The notes below the pieces were generated by a model. That model was given only the letters and a program-made list of their open reading frames with translations. It did no database searches and was not told the DNA's origin. A program made the translations under genes and the position numbers. From Candidatus Hydrothermarchaeales archaeon (GTDB taxonomy: Archaea > Hydrothermarchaeota > Hydrothermarchaeia > Hydrothermarchaeales > JAZGAD01), in contig JAZGAD010000010.1 of assembly GCA_036444275.1 (NCBI GenBank), positions 1 to 64,000 on the forward strand: a stretch of 64,000 bases of DNA, given 5' to 3'. Position 1 is the first letter of the stretch. Each line of letters begins with the position of its first letter. Of this stretch, positions 40,912 to 50,528 are shown one piece after another.

Positions 40912-42793
40912 GCTTCTTCGGCAATGGCTTTTCTATCCCAGCCGGGAGGGGTATTAGGTCCCTGATCTTCTCTAAGAGGCTCTCTTTATCGGTGCCCCAC
41001 GCAAAGGCCTGCTCCAGTGCCTGGGAGAGCTTCTTCACCGGTACAATCTCTATCTTGCCCTGTAGCTTCTTATCCAGCATCACATCCTTAGCATTTGCAG
41101 AGGGAATTATGACACGTTTTATACCCGCTGCTGCAGCTGCCTCGATCTTGGCTGTAACGCCCCCAACTGGTAGAATGTCGCCCCTGACGCTGAGGCTGCC
41201 TGTCATGGCAACACTCTGGTCCACTGGAATGTCCTCTAGGGCCGAAATAACCGCCGTTGCTACTGAGACGCTTGCGCTGTCGCCTTCTACCCCCTCATAT
41301 GTCTGGAGGAACTGGATATGCACGTCGTATTTAGAGATGTCCTGGCCGGTATGCTTCTTAATGAGGGCACTCACGTTCTGAATCGCCTCCCTAGCTATCG
41401 TGCGTAGCTTGCCAGTTGCAATAATCTTTCCCTCTTCTCTACTCTGTGCTGGTGCAACCTCGGCGACTATGGGGAGTATTACGCCGCTGTCGTCACCGAT
41501 GACCGCTAATCCATTAACCCTGCCTATCTCCGCTCCTTTCACTACGTAGATATCGTAGTCCTTCCTCATGCTTATGTATCTCTCAGCCAGTTGCTGCTCC
41601 AGGGTCTTGGCTATAGTTTTTGCCTTTGCAACGTGTTTGGCCGTAACAATCTCAGCATTCTCGCTCCTCGCTACGTCGCCGGCTGTTCTAATCAAGCCGC
41701 CGAGGCCACGGAGATTAAGGGTTATCTTTCCCCGTCTACCAGCCCTTTTCCTAGCCTCTTTGATCACGGCTTCCACCGCTTCCTTGGTGAAGTGGGGTAT
41801 CTTCTTGTCCTTTATCACCTCTTGAGCGACGAACTGCACCAGTTTCTCCCGGTTCTTTGGTGTATCATCCATGACATCCTTCATGTAGACCTCGTATCCA
41901 TAGCCTCTGATCCTGCTTCGAAGCGCTGGATGCAGCTTCCTAACTGCTTCTAGATTGCCGGCTGCAATGAGGATGAAGTCGCATGGTACTGGTGTGGTTC
42001 TGACCATAGCGCCGCTGCTTCTATCACTCTGCCCAGTGATGCTGAATTCCTTCTCCTGCAGAACGGTCAAAAGGTGCTGTTGGGACTCCATGCCTAGAGT
42101 CGAGATTTCATCGATAAAGAGCACGCCCTTGTTAGCCCTATGTATTGCACCCGCCTCTATCAACTCGTGGGCAGGCGTCTCTAGGCCACCTGACTGGAAA
42201 GGGTCATGCCTAACGTCACCCAGGAGAGCGCCGGCGTGTGCACCGGTTGCATCCACAAAGGGAGCTTTCTTCTTGCCTTCGTTGTCTAGGAGGATCTTTG
42301 GAACCATGACATCCTCTTTGACCTTTATGTACTGCCTCCCCATGAGTAGGAAGACCGATGCTATGATCCCGCCGAACAGAATATAGGGCTGGGGTGGTAC
42401 CGCTAGGAAACCGTAGTAGAGTACGAGGAATAATATAGCGATGAACAATACCTTGAACATGGTGTTTACCGGAGCCTCTGCCTTCCTCTTTTGCTCTTTG
42501 TAGCGGGCCACTATCTTTTTGCCTTCGCCAGCCTTGACGGCCTTCGCCTCTGGGTTGTTTTTATCAGCTAGATTAGGATGCACAAGGATGTCCTCCAACT
42601 CCTCCACCGGCAAGAGCTCAGACATAGCAAGGCCCAACATACTCTTCCCGGTACCCGGCGCTCCGATCAGGAAGACATGGCGCTTTTGCTTAGCGGCTTT
42701 CTTAAGTACCTCCACCGCATGCTCTTGGCCAATAACTTGGTCTACCAGATTCTGCGGGACTTTTATCTTCTCGGTTGTTTTATATCCCTTCAT
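40901..42793 (-). CDS. lonB: Archaeal membrane-bound Lon protease
   Basis: GAPGTGKS, TM insert, DVRHDPFQSGGL, LFIDEI, VEGDSAS (Ser) and GGVTAKIEAA (Lys). Confidence 0.97.
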   Translation of the reverse strand: MKGYKTTEKIKVPQNLVDQVIGQEHAVEVLKKAAKQKRHVFLIGAPGTGKSMLGLAMSELLPVEELEDILVHPNLADKNNPEAKAVKAGEGKKIVARYKEQKRKAEAPVNTMFKVLFIAILFLVLYYGFLAVPPQPYILFGGIIASVFLLMGRQYIKVKEDVMVPKILLDNEGKKKAPFVDATGAHAGALLGDVRHDPFQSGGLETPAHELIEAGAIHRANKGVLFIDEISTLGMESQQHLLTVLQEKEFSITGQSDRSSGAMVRTTPVPCDFILIAAGNLEAVRKLHPALRSRIRGYGYEVYMKDVMDDTPKNREKLVQFVAQEVIKDKKIPHFTKEAVEAVIKEARKRAGRRGKITLNLRGLGGLIRTAGDVARSENAEIVTAKHVAKAKTIAKTLEQQLAERYISMRKDYDIYVVKGAEIGRVNGLAVIGDDSGVILPIVAEVAPAQSREEGKIIATGKLRTIAREAIQNVSALIKKHTGQDISKYDVHIQFLQTYEGVEGDSASVSVATAVISALEDIPVDQSVAMTGSLSVRGDILPVGGVTAKIEAAAAAGIKRVIIPSANAKDVMLDKKLQGKIEIVPVKKLSQALEQAFAWGTDKESLLEKIRDLIPLPAGIEKPLPKKHGA

Positions 42794-42918
42794 TTCCTCC
42801 TCGACCTTAGAACAATAAGCGTTGGTAAGTTCGATTTCTGCCCTTATATACCTTTAGCATAATTTATATACTACCTCCCGTAAAACACTTCGCCAATTGT
42901 AACAACAGGAGACTTGAA

Positions 42919-43788
42919 ATGCCTGACATTATCATCGGAGGAAGCACTTGCCAAGCCCTGGCGAAGGAGATAAGCGACGAGCTTCAGGTTGAACTGGGAA
43001 GCCTGTCGGTGAAGAGATTCCCAGATGGCGAGATATACCTCCGCGTTGAGAGTGATGTGAAGGGCAAGAGCTGTGTTGTAGTACAGTCTACATGCAGACC
43101 TCAAGATTCAACTTTCTTCGAGCTTTTATCCCTCATCGTGACCCTGAAGGAGCTTGGCGCTAAGGAGGTCAAGACGGTAGTACCGTACTACGGCTACGGT
43201 AGGCAGGACAAGAGCTTCAATCCTGGAGAAGCGGTCACCGCTAGGGTGGCAGCGAAGCATATCAGCATGCATTCAGACGAGTTCTATACGCTTAACATCC
43301 ATGAAGAGGGGATCCTGAAGTTCTTCAATATTCCAGTACATAGCCTAGATGCTTCTCCTGTACTGGGGGAGTATTTCAAAGGCTACAATCTGGAAAAGCC
43401 AATAGTTATAGGGCCTGATAACGGCGCTTCTAGACTTGCAAAAGGCACAGCAAGCGTTATTAAATGTAAATTTGACACCCTGGAGAAACGTAGGATAGCA
43501 CCCGGTGAAGTGCAGACGGAGGCCAAGAAGCTGGCAGTCGCAGATAAAGATGTGATACTCGTGGACGACATGATAGATTATGGGAGTACGATGCTGGAAG
43601 CTATTTCAATACTCAAAGCCCAGAAGGCAGGAAACATCCTTGTTGGATGCGTGCACCCTGTGCTCACTGGAAACGTCGTCGGCCGCTTGTTCTCCTTTGG
43701 TGCTATAGACGTGATAGCTACGAATACCATATCTTCGCAGATCAGCTTCATAACCGTCTCAGGCATAATAGCTGAAGCACTCCGCTAG
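42919..43788 (+). CDS. prs: Ribose-phosphate pyrophosphokinase
   Basis: RFPDGE, PYYGYGRQDK, GPDNGA and LVDDMID.G.T motifs. Confidence 0.93.
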   Translation: MPDIIIGGSTCQALAKEISDELQVELGSLSVKRFPDGEIYLRVESDVKGKSCVVVQSTCRPQDSTFFELLSLIVTLKELGAKEVKTVVPYYGYGRQDKSFNPGEAVTARVAAKHISMHSDEFYTLNIHEEGILKFFNIPVHSLDASPVLGEYFKGYNLEKPIVIGPDNGASRLAKGTASVIKCKFDTLEKRRIAPGEVQTEAKKLAVADKDVILVDDMIDYGSTMLEAISILKAQKAGNILVGCVHPVLTGNVVGRLFSFGAIDVIATNTISSQISFITVSGIIAEALR

Positions 43789-43820
43789 ATTTTTACAGTT
43801 TATTGTAGACTAATAGAGCG

Positions 43821-44834
43821 ATGCGCGTATTCTTCCAACTCTCCGGAGAGCATTCAACACTCCCTAAAGCTGAAGCATTAGCAGTTCTTGAAGCATCTAG
43901 TGTGGATTTCAAGGTCTTATTATCTCTGGACCAAGTCCTTGTAGTGGAGGCAGATGCAGGGAATATAGACGGAATTCACGAGCGTCTGGCAATGAGCCAC
44001 GGGATATGCGAGTTCTACGGTGCATGTCGTCCTGCCTTGGAGGAGCTTATAGAGATCGCACGTGGGATAGATTTGTCAGGCAGTTTCGCTGTCAGAGTCA
44101 AGAGGATAAAAGACTACTTCGGGGAGGTAAGCACCATGGAGTTAGAGAGCGGGATAGGCGGGCTATTGACAAAAAAGGGATATAAGGTAGATCTTGAAAA
44201 CCCTGAGAACATCATCCTCGGCATATTGAGCAGTGAATTCGTCTTGGGCAGGGTACTATACGAGGTGGACCGCTCCCAGTATGAGGCTCGTCGGCCCCAT
44301 AGGCGGCCGTACTTTCGCCCGGGTGTTATGCTTCCGAGGATCTGCCGTGCCATAGTCAATCTAACTAGGGTCAAGAAGGGGGAGAAGTTCATAGATCCAT
44401 TCTGCGGTACAGGCGGGTTCCTGATAGAAGCGGACTTGGTAGGTGCGAAGGTCTATGGGTGTGACGTTGACAAGGAAGTGCTAGAGGGCTGCAAGGTAAA
44501 CCTCCAGCACCATGGACTAACGGATTATCACTTGGAGGCAGTGGATGCCAGGGAATTGAAAGAGGTGTACCCAGAAGCATTTGATGCGTTAGCTGCCGAT
44601 CTTCCATACGGCATCTCATCCAGCACGCATGGCTCTAAGCTTGAAGAGCTGTGCAGCCAGTCCATGGAATCCTTTTTCGAGATATTAAAGCCAGGGGGGT
44701 ATGCCTGTGTCGTTGCTCCATCCCAAGTGCCCTTAAAGGATATAGCCGCTGCAGCGGGATTCAACGTCGTAGAGGAGCACTTGGAGAGGATTCATCGTAG
44801 CCTGACGAGGAGAATCTTGGTCCTGCAAAAATGA
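43821..44834 (+). CDS. trm11: tRNA (guanine-10-N2)-methyltransferase, THUMP + MTase
   Basis: LSGEH.TLP.AE, SFAVRV, RPYFRPG, DPFCGTGG and DLPYG motifs. Confidence 0.88.
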   Translation: MRVFFQLSGEHSTLPKAEALAVLEASSVDFKVLLSLDQVLVVEADAGNIDGIHERLAMSHGICEFYGACRPALEELIEIARGIDLSGSFAVRVKRIKDYFGEVSTMELESGIGGLLTKKGYKVDLENPENIILGILSSEFVLGRVLYEVDRSQYEARRPHRRPYFRPGVMLPRICRAIVNLTRVKKGEKFIDPFCGTGGFLIEADLVGAKVYGCDVDKEVLEGCKVNLQHHGLTDYHLEAVDARELKEVYPEAFDALAADLPYGISSSTHGSKLEELCSQSMESFFEILKPGGYACVVAPSQVPLKDIAAAAGFNVVEEHLERIHRSLTRRILVLQK

Positions 44835-44851
44835 CTACTTTAGCAATTTGA

Positions 44852-45349
44852 TCAAATTAGTGATCCATGTTTCGCAGCGATCTTTTCAAGGGCATATGCA
44901 GCATAGCTCCTGACCTCCAGTGAGGTATCTTTTAAAGCTTGCTGTAAAGGCTTGATAGCCCTCTTATCTCCGCTCTCGCCTAAGGCGAAGGCAGCATACC
45001 TCCGGACGAACTTGGATTTGTCCTTCAGTGCCTGGATAAGGAGGGATGTCCCCCTCGCATCTGCGTAGCGCAGCTGTAAAGCGATGATCCTCCGAACGTT
45101 CCAGTCAGCTTCTTCTTGGAATGCGTTGATGATGGCGTCATATGCCTTTGAATATCCTTTTTCACCCAGCTCGCCCAGGGCATAGGCAGCACGCCATCTT
45201 ATCTTTTTGTCTTTATCCCTTACAGCCAGTATTAAGGGATCTATTGCTTCCGGGTCAGCGAGTTCACCCAGCTCGTATGCAGAGTGCATTCTGACTTCAG
45301 GTGACGTGTGCTTCAATTCTTTTATCAATTTTTTCACAGATTTCCTCAT
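44852..45349 (-). CDS. HEAT/PBS-lyase repeat protein
   Basis: Repeated L.D....VR..AA.ALG units. Confidence 0.88.
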   Translation of the reverse strand: MRKSVKKLIKELKHTSPEVRMHSAYELGELADPEAIDPLILAVRDKDKKIRWRAAYALGELGEKGYSKAYDAIINAFQEEADWNVRRIIALQLRYADARGTSLLIQALKDKSKFVRRYAAFALGESGDKRAIKPLQQALKDTSLEVRSYAAYALEKIAAKHGSLI

Positions 45350-45383
45350 CTTACTCCTTCATATACCTATGAAAGACTAATAA

Positions 45384-46022
45384 ATGCTCATGAGCGATGC
45401 TGCACTCCTAGATAGGCTGAGAGATGACATTATGAATTTCGATTTCGAAGACATAGAAGAAGCTTGCCTACACGCACTTGAAGCTGGAACCCCTATAGCA
45501 GAGATCGTGGATGCCATGCAGGAGGGTATGAAGACAGTGGAGATGCGCTACCAGAGGGAGGAGTATTACCTGCCTGAGCTCGTCATGGCCGGAGAAACAA
45601 TGAATGAAGCCCTCGCCGTCCTCCGCCCGCATATGGGGAAAGAAGTTCAAAAAGGGATAGTGGTAGTTGGAACCATAAGAGGAGACCTCCATGATGTGGG
45701 AAAGAATCTTCTGGGAAACCTCCTTGAGGGTGCTGGCTTCTCGGTCTATGATCTCGGGGTTGATGTAAAGGCAGGGGATTTCATACAGGCAGTGAAAGAG
45801 AGGCAAGCAGGTGTGATATGCATGTCTGCCCTTATCTCAACTTCATTGAGGGAGATGCCAGCTGTAATTAAGTGCCTTGAGCAAGAGAGCTTTAAGAGAC
45901 AGATTAAGGTCCTAGTCGGAGGAGGTGCTGTCAGCAGAGGTTTCGCGGAGAGAATAGGTGCAGATGCCTATGCCAGTGACGCTCTAGAAGGCGTGGCGAT
46001 AGTGAAGAGATGGCTTGCTTAG
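45384..46022 (+). CDS. Corrinoid (B12-binding) protein, MtaC/MtbC-like
   Basis: Cap domain YYLPELVMAG; GDLHDVGKNL (DxHxxG), DLGVDV, MSAL, VGGG and IGADAYA. Confidence 0.9.
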   Translation: MLMSDAALLDRLRDDIMNFDFEDIEEACLHALEAGTPIAEIVDAMQEGMKTVEMRYQREEYYLPELVMAGETMNEALAVLRPHMGKEVQKGIVVVGTIRGDLHDVGKNLLGNLLEGAGFSVYDLGVDVKAGDFIQAVKERQAGVICMSALISTSLREMPAVIKCLEQESFKRQIKVLVGGGAVSRGFAERIGADAYASDALEGVAIVKRWLA

Positions 46023-46324
46023 AGGTTTTTCATCAATATTCTTATCCTTAAGTGAAATCTGTACCTCCTCTTTCCATCCTTCATGCCCAAGTATTTCGTG
46101 CTCTCTGATATCTTGCCGTTGAGGGATCTCGCAATCCTAGATGCCGTCCTCCTAGCTACGCCCAGGGATGAAATATACACGTCCAAACCTCTACCAGACC
46201 TTGGTTGGAATATCTCCCATTCTACCCCTCCTGTAGCATATCTCTTTGTAATACTACGTACGACCTCGCGTTGTTCCTCTGTTAGCTCGTGATTAGCCCT
46301 GATTTGGATGAGGGCCTCATGCAT
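46019..46324 (-). CDS. Short NMD3-related protein
   Basis: HEALIQIR...GLDVYISS...ARR.A...KYLGMKDGKRRYR resembles the archaeal NMD3 C-terminal region. Confidence 0.55.
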   Translation of the reverse strand: MHEALIQIRANHELTEEQREVVRSITKRYATGGVEWEIFQPRSGRGLDVYISSLGVARRTASRIARSLNGKISESTKYLGMKDGKRRYRFHLRIRILMKNL

Positions 46325-46761
46325 GAATATAATAGTAGAACGACAGCGATAAATAATTGCAGGAGGGGAATTCGAAAACAAGTCTCTCTTTTTTAAGTTT
46401 CTTTCGGGTTCTGATAAGGGGACTGGGACTAGAAACTTTTTATATTTTCTTCGAGTTTCTGCTGTTTCTTAAAAATCCATATGAGCTTTTCCCCGTAACT
46501 CATGTTGTCCCACTTTTCTGGTTTCTCTATACTTTCCATGTTTTTAGCGGTTTTTCGGCGCCTATATTATAGCTTTCCTTCGTCTTCTTGAATACCAGAA
46601 ATCGAAACGCCTTAATATAAGAATTATCTCGTATGCTTATCTGGCAGAAGGTGGGCTGGTTATTATCCTAAGCTGGAGGTTCTAGTGTTAGTGTTAAACC
46701 GGCGATGAGTTTTTATTGAAGTGCTCGGATAAATTACGGATAATGGCGGAAATAAATAGGT

Positions 46762-47779
46762 ATGGATACGGCTGGGAGGATAACCGTCAGCTTCCCATAT
46801 AATCCTTCCTACATTACAAAGATAAAAAGCATAAAAGGTCACAGGTGGCATCCTGAAGAAAAATACTGGCGTGTGCCATACTCTGAGCTTGAAAACCTCT
46901 TATCTGTCTTTGATGGCGAGAAGGCTGATATCGACTCCGCTCTCTATTTCGAGCCCCTGAGAAAAGAGCTTGCATCGAGGAAGTACAGCCGGAGAACGAT
47001 GAAGATGTATCTGCAGTACAATGAGGATTTCTTGAGGTTTGCAAGGAAAACTCCTTACAAGATTTCCAATAGCGACGTGAGGGATTATCTGTATCACTTG
47101 GCGGAGGAGAGGGATGCATCTGCCTCTACCCTGAATATTGCTATAAATGCGTTGAAGTTCTACTATGGTGAGATCTTAAAGCGGGGGTTTGCTTATGGGA
47201 TTAAGAGGCCTAAGAAGGATAAGAAAATGCCCGTTGTATTAAGTCCGGAGGAAGTTTCCAAGATTTTATCTTCACTTTCAAACATCAAGCATAAAGCCAT
47301 TCTTATGCTTATGTATTCTGCTGGATTAAGAGTTGGTGAAGTTGTGAAGTTGAGGGTTGAGGATATAGATACTGGAAGAAAGTTAATTCATATCCGTGGT
47401 GGGAAAGGAAGGAAAGATCGCTATACTATACTTTCAGATGTTGCATTGGAGACCCTCAAAGTATATATCAACGCCTGCAATCCAGAAAATTGGCTTTTTC
47501 CTGGGGGGAAAGGATAGAGGGCATGTTACCACAAGAACTGTGCAAAGGATATTTGAAGATGCCGTCAGAGAGGTCGGTGTTGGCAAAGACGTTAGCGTTC
47601 ATTCTTTGAGACATAGCTTTGCAACACATCTATTAGAAAGCGGCGTAGATTTGAGGTATATTCAGGAATTGTTAGGGCACAAAAGCAGTAAAACGACAGA
47701 GATATACACTCATGTGAGCAACAAGTCTTGGAGCAGAATAAAAAGCCCTCTGGATCTAATTCAAAGAGGTGGGACATGA
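46762..47779 (+). pseudogene. Integron-associated tyrosine recombinase, split by one extra base in a G6 run (47503-47508)
   Basis: ORFs 46762-47517 and 47396-47779 join as [18 protein letters not shown] if one G is removed. Complete catalytic set: [38 protein letters not shown]; terminal SPLD; SAM-like domain YSRRT..Y..ASTLNIAINALKFYY. Confidence 0.9.
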
Positions 47780-47796
47780 GGGAGTTTGGTAGCATC

Positions 47797-47874
47797 CGGG
47801 ATGGGTATATGCGCAATGCAGATATAATTCTAAATAGGGATGATATACGCAATGCGTATATGAACGAGTTAGGC
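47797..47874 (+). other. Candidate attI recombination site
   Basis: Core GTTAGGC at 47868-47874, preceded by AAC. Upstream are two related palindromes: ATATACGCA-A-TGCGTATAT (47843-47861, perfect) and TATATGCGCA-A-TGCAGATATA (47806-47826), each preceded by GGGATG. No RYYYAAC-type attC arm is present. Confidence 0.75.
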
Positions 47875-47930
47875 GAAATTTTTAAATCGCCTTTATAAGA
47901 ACTTAAAAAAGGAATGTGAAATAGTTGAAT

Positions 47931-49325
47931 ATGAAAGCTTTAATACTTGCCGCTGGAGACGGTGGCAGATTGGGCAACTTAACTAAAAATAAACCCAAGC
48001 CCCTGATTAAACTTTTGGGATTAACTTTGATCGAAAGAGTAATATTAACTGCAAAACAAGCAGGCATTAAAGAATTCGTGATAGTTTTTGGTTATCTGGG
48101 TGACAAAATAAAAGCAAAATTGGGAACTGGAGATAGGTATGGAGTAGAAATAAACTATATCGAAAATAATGACTGCCAAAAAGAAAATGGGATCTCTGTA
48201 TTAAAGGCCAAAGGATTGTTAAATGAAAACTTCATCCTGTTAATGTCAGACCATATCTTTGATAATCGTATTCTGAAAGAACTTATCGATTATGATACAA
48301 AAAGTTCAGTTGTTTTAGCTATTGATAGAAGAAAATCTCTACCAGGAGACACAAAGGTTCTGGAGAAGGAAGGAAGAATTGTTGATATCGGTAAAAATAT
48401 AGAAGAATCAAACTGCATAGATACGGGTATCTTCTTGTGCTCACCAAAAATATTTTCTCATATTGAAGAAGCAGTAAAAGAAGGTAAAACTGAGCTTGCA
48501 CATGATATTGCTAAAGCTGTTAAGAACAGAGATGCAGAAATATTCGACATCACGCAAATTAACAGCTATATCCCGAGCATGCGGAAGGAGATTAAAGCTT
48601 TCTGGATAGATATTGATACAAAGGAGGATTTAATCAAAGCAAAAAAGCTTTTAATTGAGAATGCCTGTAAAGGACGAAATGACCTGCTTGCAACCTATGT
48701 GAATAAGCCAATAGAAAATTTTATTGTAAGCAGATTGGCGAACACGCAGATTACACCAAACCAGGTTACTATACTAACAAACATAGTTGCTTATACATCC
48801 ACATTTTTATTTCTCGAAGGATATCTATTGTTTGCTTCCATTCTCACCTTTATCGTTTCATTTATGGACGGTGTGGACGGAAAACTTTCAAGAGTGAAAA
48901 TAGCCTTTTCAAATATTGGGAAAATGGAGTACGCCTTCGATTTTCTTTATGAGCATTCATGGTATATCGCCTTAGCCATCTATCTATCAAAGGACTATGG
49001 ACTATCAGCGATTTTACTGTGCACATTCATACTCCTGTTTGATGGTTTTTCTCATTTTTGCAGACAGGCGTTTGGGAAGGCAATAAAGGACCGCCCATTA
49101 ACAGATTATGGACGAATTGAACGGCTATTCAGAAAATTTGATGGTAGGAAGAACAGTTATATAATTTTTATCTTAATAGGTGTTTTGCTAAATGCACCTT
49201 TCTGGTCATTAGTTGCAATATCTGTATGGTCATTGGTCAGTGCTATATTTTATTCTTCAAGGGCGATTTTGCATTTATATCGAGCCGATAAATCAACTCA
49301 GGGACCATATGGGAGCAAAAGATGA
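47931..49325 (+). CDS. Bifunctional IPCT/DIPPS-like protein (NTP transferase + CDP-alcohol phosphotransferase)
   Basis: KALILAAGDGGRL..KPKPL, ENGIS, MSDH, DTGIF, WIDIDT; then ITPNQVT and DGVDGKLSR..S.IG...D. Confidence 0.85.
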   Translation: MKALILAAGDGGRLGNLTKNKPKPLIKLLGLTLIERVILTAKQAGIKEFVIVFGYLGDKIKAKLGTGDRYGVEINYIENNDCQKENGISVLKAKGLLNENFILLMSDHIFDNRILKELIDYDTKSSVVLAIDRRKSLPGDTKVLEKEGRIVDIGKNIEESNCIDTGIFLCSPKIFSHIEEAVKEGKTELAHDIAKAVKNRDAEIFDITQINSYIPSMRKEIKAFWIDIDTKEDLIKAKKLLIENACKGRNDLLATYVNKPIENFIVSRLANTQITPNQVTILTNIVAYTSTFLFLEGYLLFASILTFIVSFMDGVDGKLSRVKIAFSNIGKMEYAFDFLYEHSWYIALAIYLSKDYGLSAILLCTFILLFDGFSHFCRQAFGKAIKDRPLTDYGRIERLFRKFDGRKNSYIIFILIGVLLNAPFWSLVAISVWSLVSAIFYSSRAILHLYRADKSTQGPYGSKR

Positions 49326-49402
49326 AGATAAGAATGATGTGGCTTGGGAAGGTCGTCAACGGACCTTCCATCCACCTGAAATTAGTAGGGAGGGCTTGAA
49401 CA

Positions 49403-50527
49403 ATGAAGATCGCTTACGTATCAACCTATCTCCCCAAACAGTGTGGGATAGCCACCTACACGGATTATCTCATTCACGGTCTCAGAGAGGTGGATCCGGC
49501 ATTGGAGATTAAGATCATTGCCGAACAAGGAGCATCTCCTATCAAACAAGATAAACTTGAAGTGATCCCCTCCTGGGATAGAAACGAGGATTATGTAGAA
49601 CCTATCATCTCACGCACAAAGGGTGCAGATGTAATCCACATTCAGCACGAATACGGCATATACAAATTTGATGATAGATTACCATTATTACTCCAGGGAT
49701 TGGACCCAGATGCCCGGAAGGTGATAACCATCCATTGCGTGAGACCAGCTCAGTTCTCCGAAAGAGATGCTGTAGATGAGAATTTTGCAGCAAAAATCGC
49801 TCAACTTGCCGATCAGGTCATCGTACACCTTGAGTCGCAAAAAGCAATCCTGACACGACTTGGAATACCATCAGGAAAGATTCACATTATTCCCCATGGA
49901 ACAGTGCTTAGTGATGAGGATAAAGAGGCTTCACGGAAGAGGCTCGGACTGCCCAAGGACGCAAAGATACTTCTCATGTTCGGGTTTGTCAAGAAACACA
50001 AGTGTTTACACATCGTTCTTGAGGCCCTCGTTGAGATATTGGAGAAATTCAAAGATATATATCTATTTGTGGCCGGAGGTCTTGCTCCAATAGCCTCACA
50101 GAAGGACAGGGACTATGCAGAATATGTGGGCAAGAGGATAGCGGAACTGGGGCTTCAGAAGAACGTCATCTACCCAAACAGGTTCTTTCCCAACGAAGAT
50201 GTGCCATATCTGTTGGGGGCATCTGACATTATCCTGTTTCCTTACTATGAGGAGGACCGCTCTGCCTCGGGCTCATTTCACCTGGCCATTGGTGCGAAAA
50301 AACCAGTTATTGCTTCGAGGATACCCAAGTTTGAAGAACTGAGAAATATCTGCGATGAACTTCTTGTCCTTCCGTATAACTCTTCGGGAATTGCAAAAGT
50401 AGTCATTCGTCTTTTTGAAGACTCAAAATTTCGGCAGTATGTAGTCAATCGCACCGAAGAATACAGAAATCTTACCTCCTGGCAAACCGTAGCGCACCAA
50501 CACTTGAAATTGTATAAGGGAGTTTGA
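49403..50527 (+). CDS. GT-B (GT4-like) glycosyltransferase
   Basis: STYLPKQCGIATYT, HIQHEYG, IPHG, FGFV..HK and SASG...LAIG..KPVIAS motifs. Confidence 0.88.
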   Translation: MKIAYVSTYLPKQCGIATYTDYLIHGLREVDPALEIKIIAEQGASPIKQDKLEVIPSWDRNEDYVEPIISRTKGADVIHIQHEYGIYKFDDRLPLLLQGLDPDARKVITIHCVRPAQFSERDAVDENFAAKIAQLADQVIVHLESQKAILTRLGIPSGKIHIIPHGTVLSDEDKEASRKRLGLPKDAKILLMFGFVKKHKCLHIVLEALVEILEKFKDIYLFVAGGLAPIASQKDRDYAEYVGKRIAELGLQKNVIYPNRFFPNEDVPYLLGASDIILFPYYEEDRSASGSFHLAIGAKKPVIASRIPKFEELRNICDELLVLPYNSSGIAKVVIRLFEDSKFRQYVVNRTEEYRNLTSWQTVAHQHLKLYKGV

Positions 50528-50528
50528 G

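Noticed and set aside
46357-46760. ORFs 46357-46572 and 46663-46851, or an att/tRNA target upstream of the integrase
   Set aside because: Low-complexity translations without motifs; no tRNA fragment or direct repeat matching the far end of the array was seen, so mobility of the whole locus is unsupported.
47500-47517. Programmed -1 ribosomal frameshift (GGGAAAG) or pyrrolysine read-through of the integrase TAG
   Set aside because: The downstream catalytic half is in the +1 frame, so neither -1 slippage nor amber read-through would join the halves.
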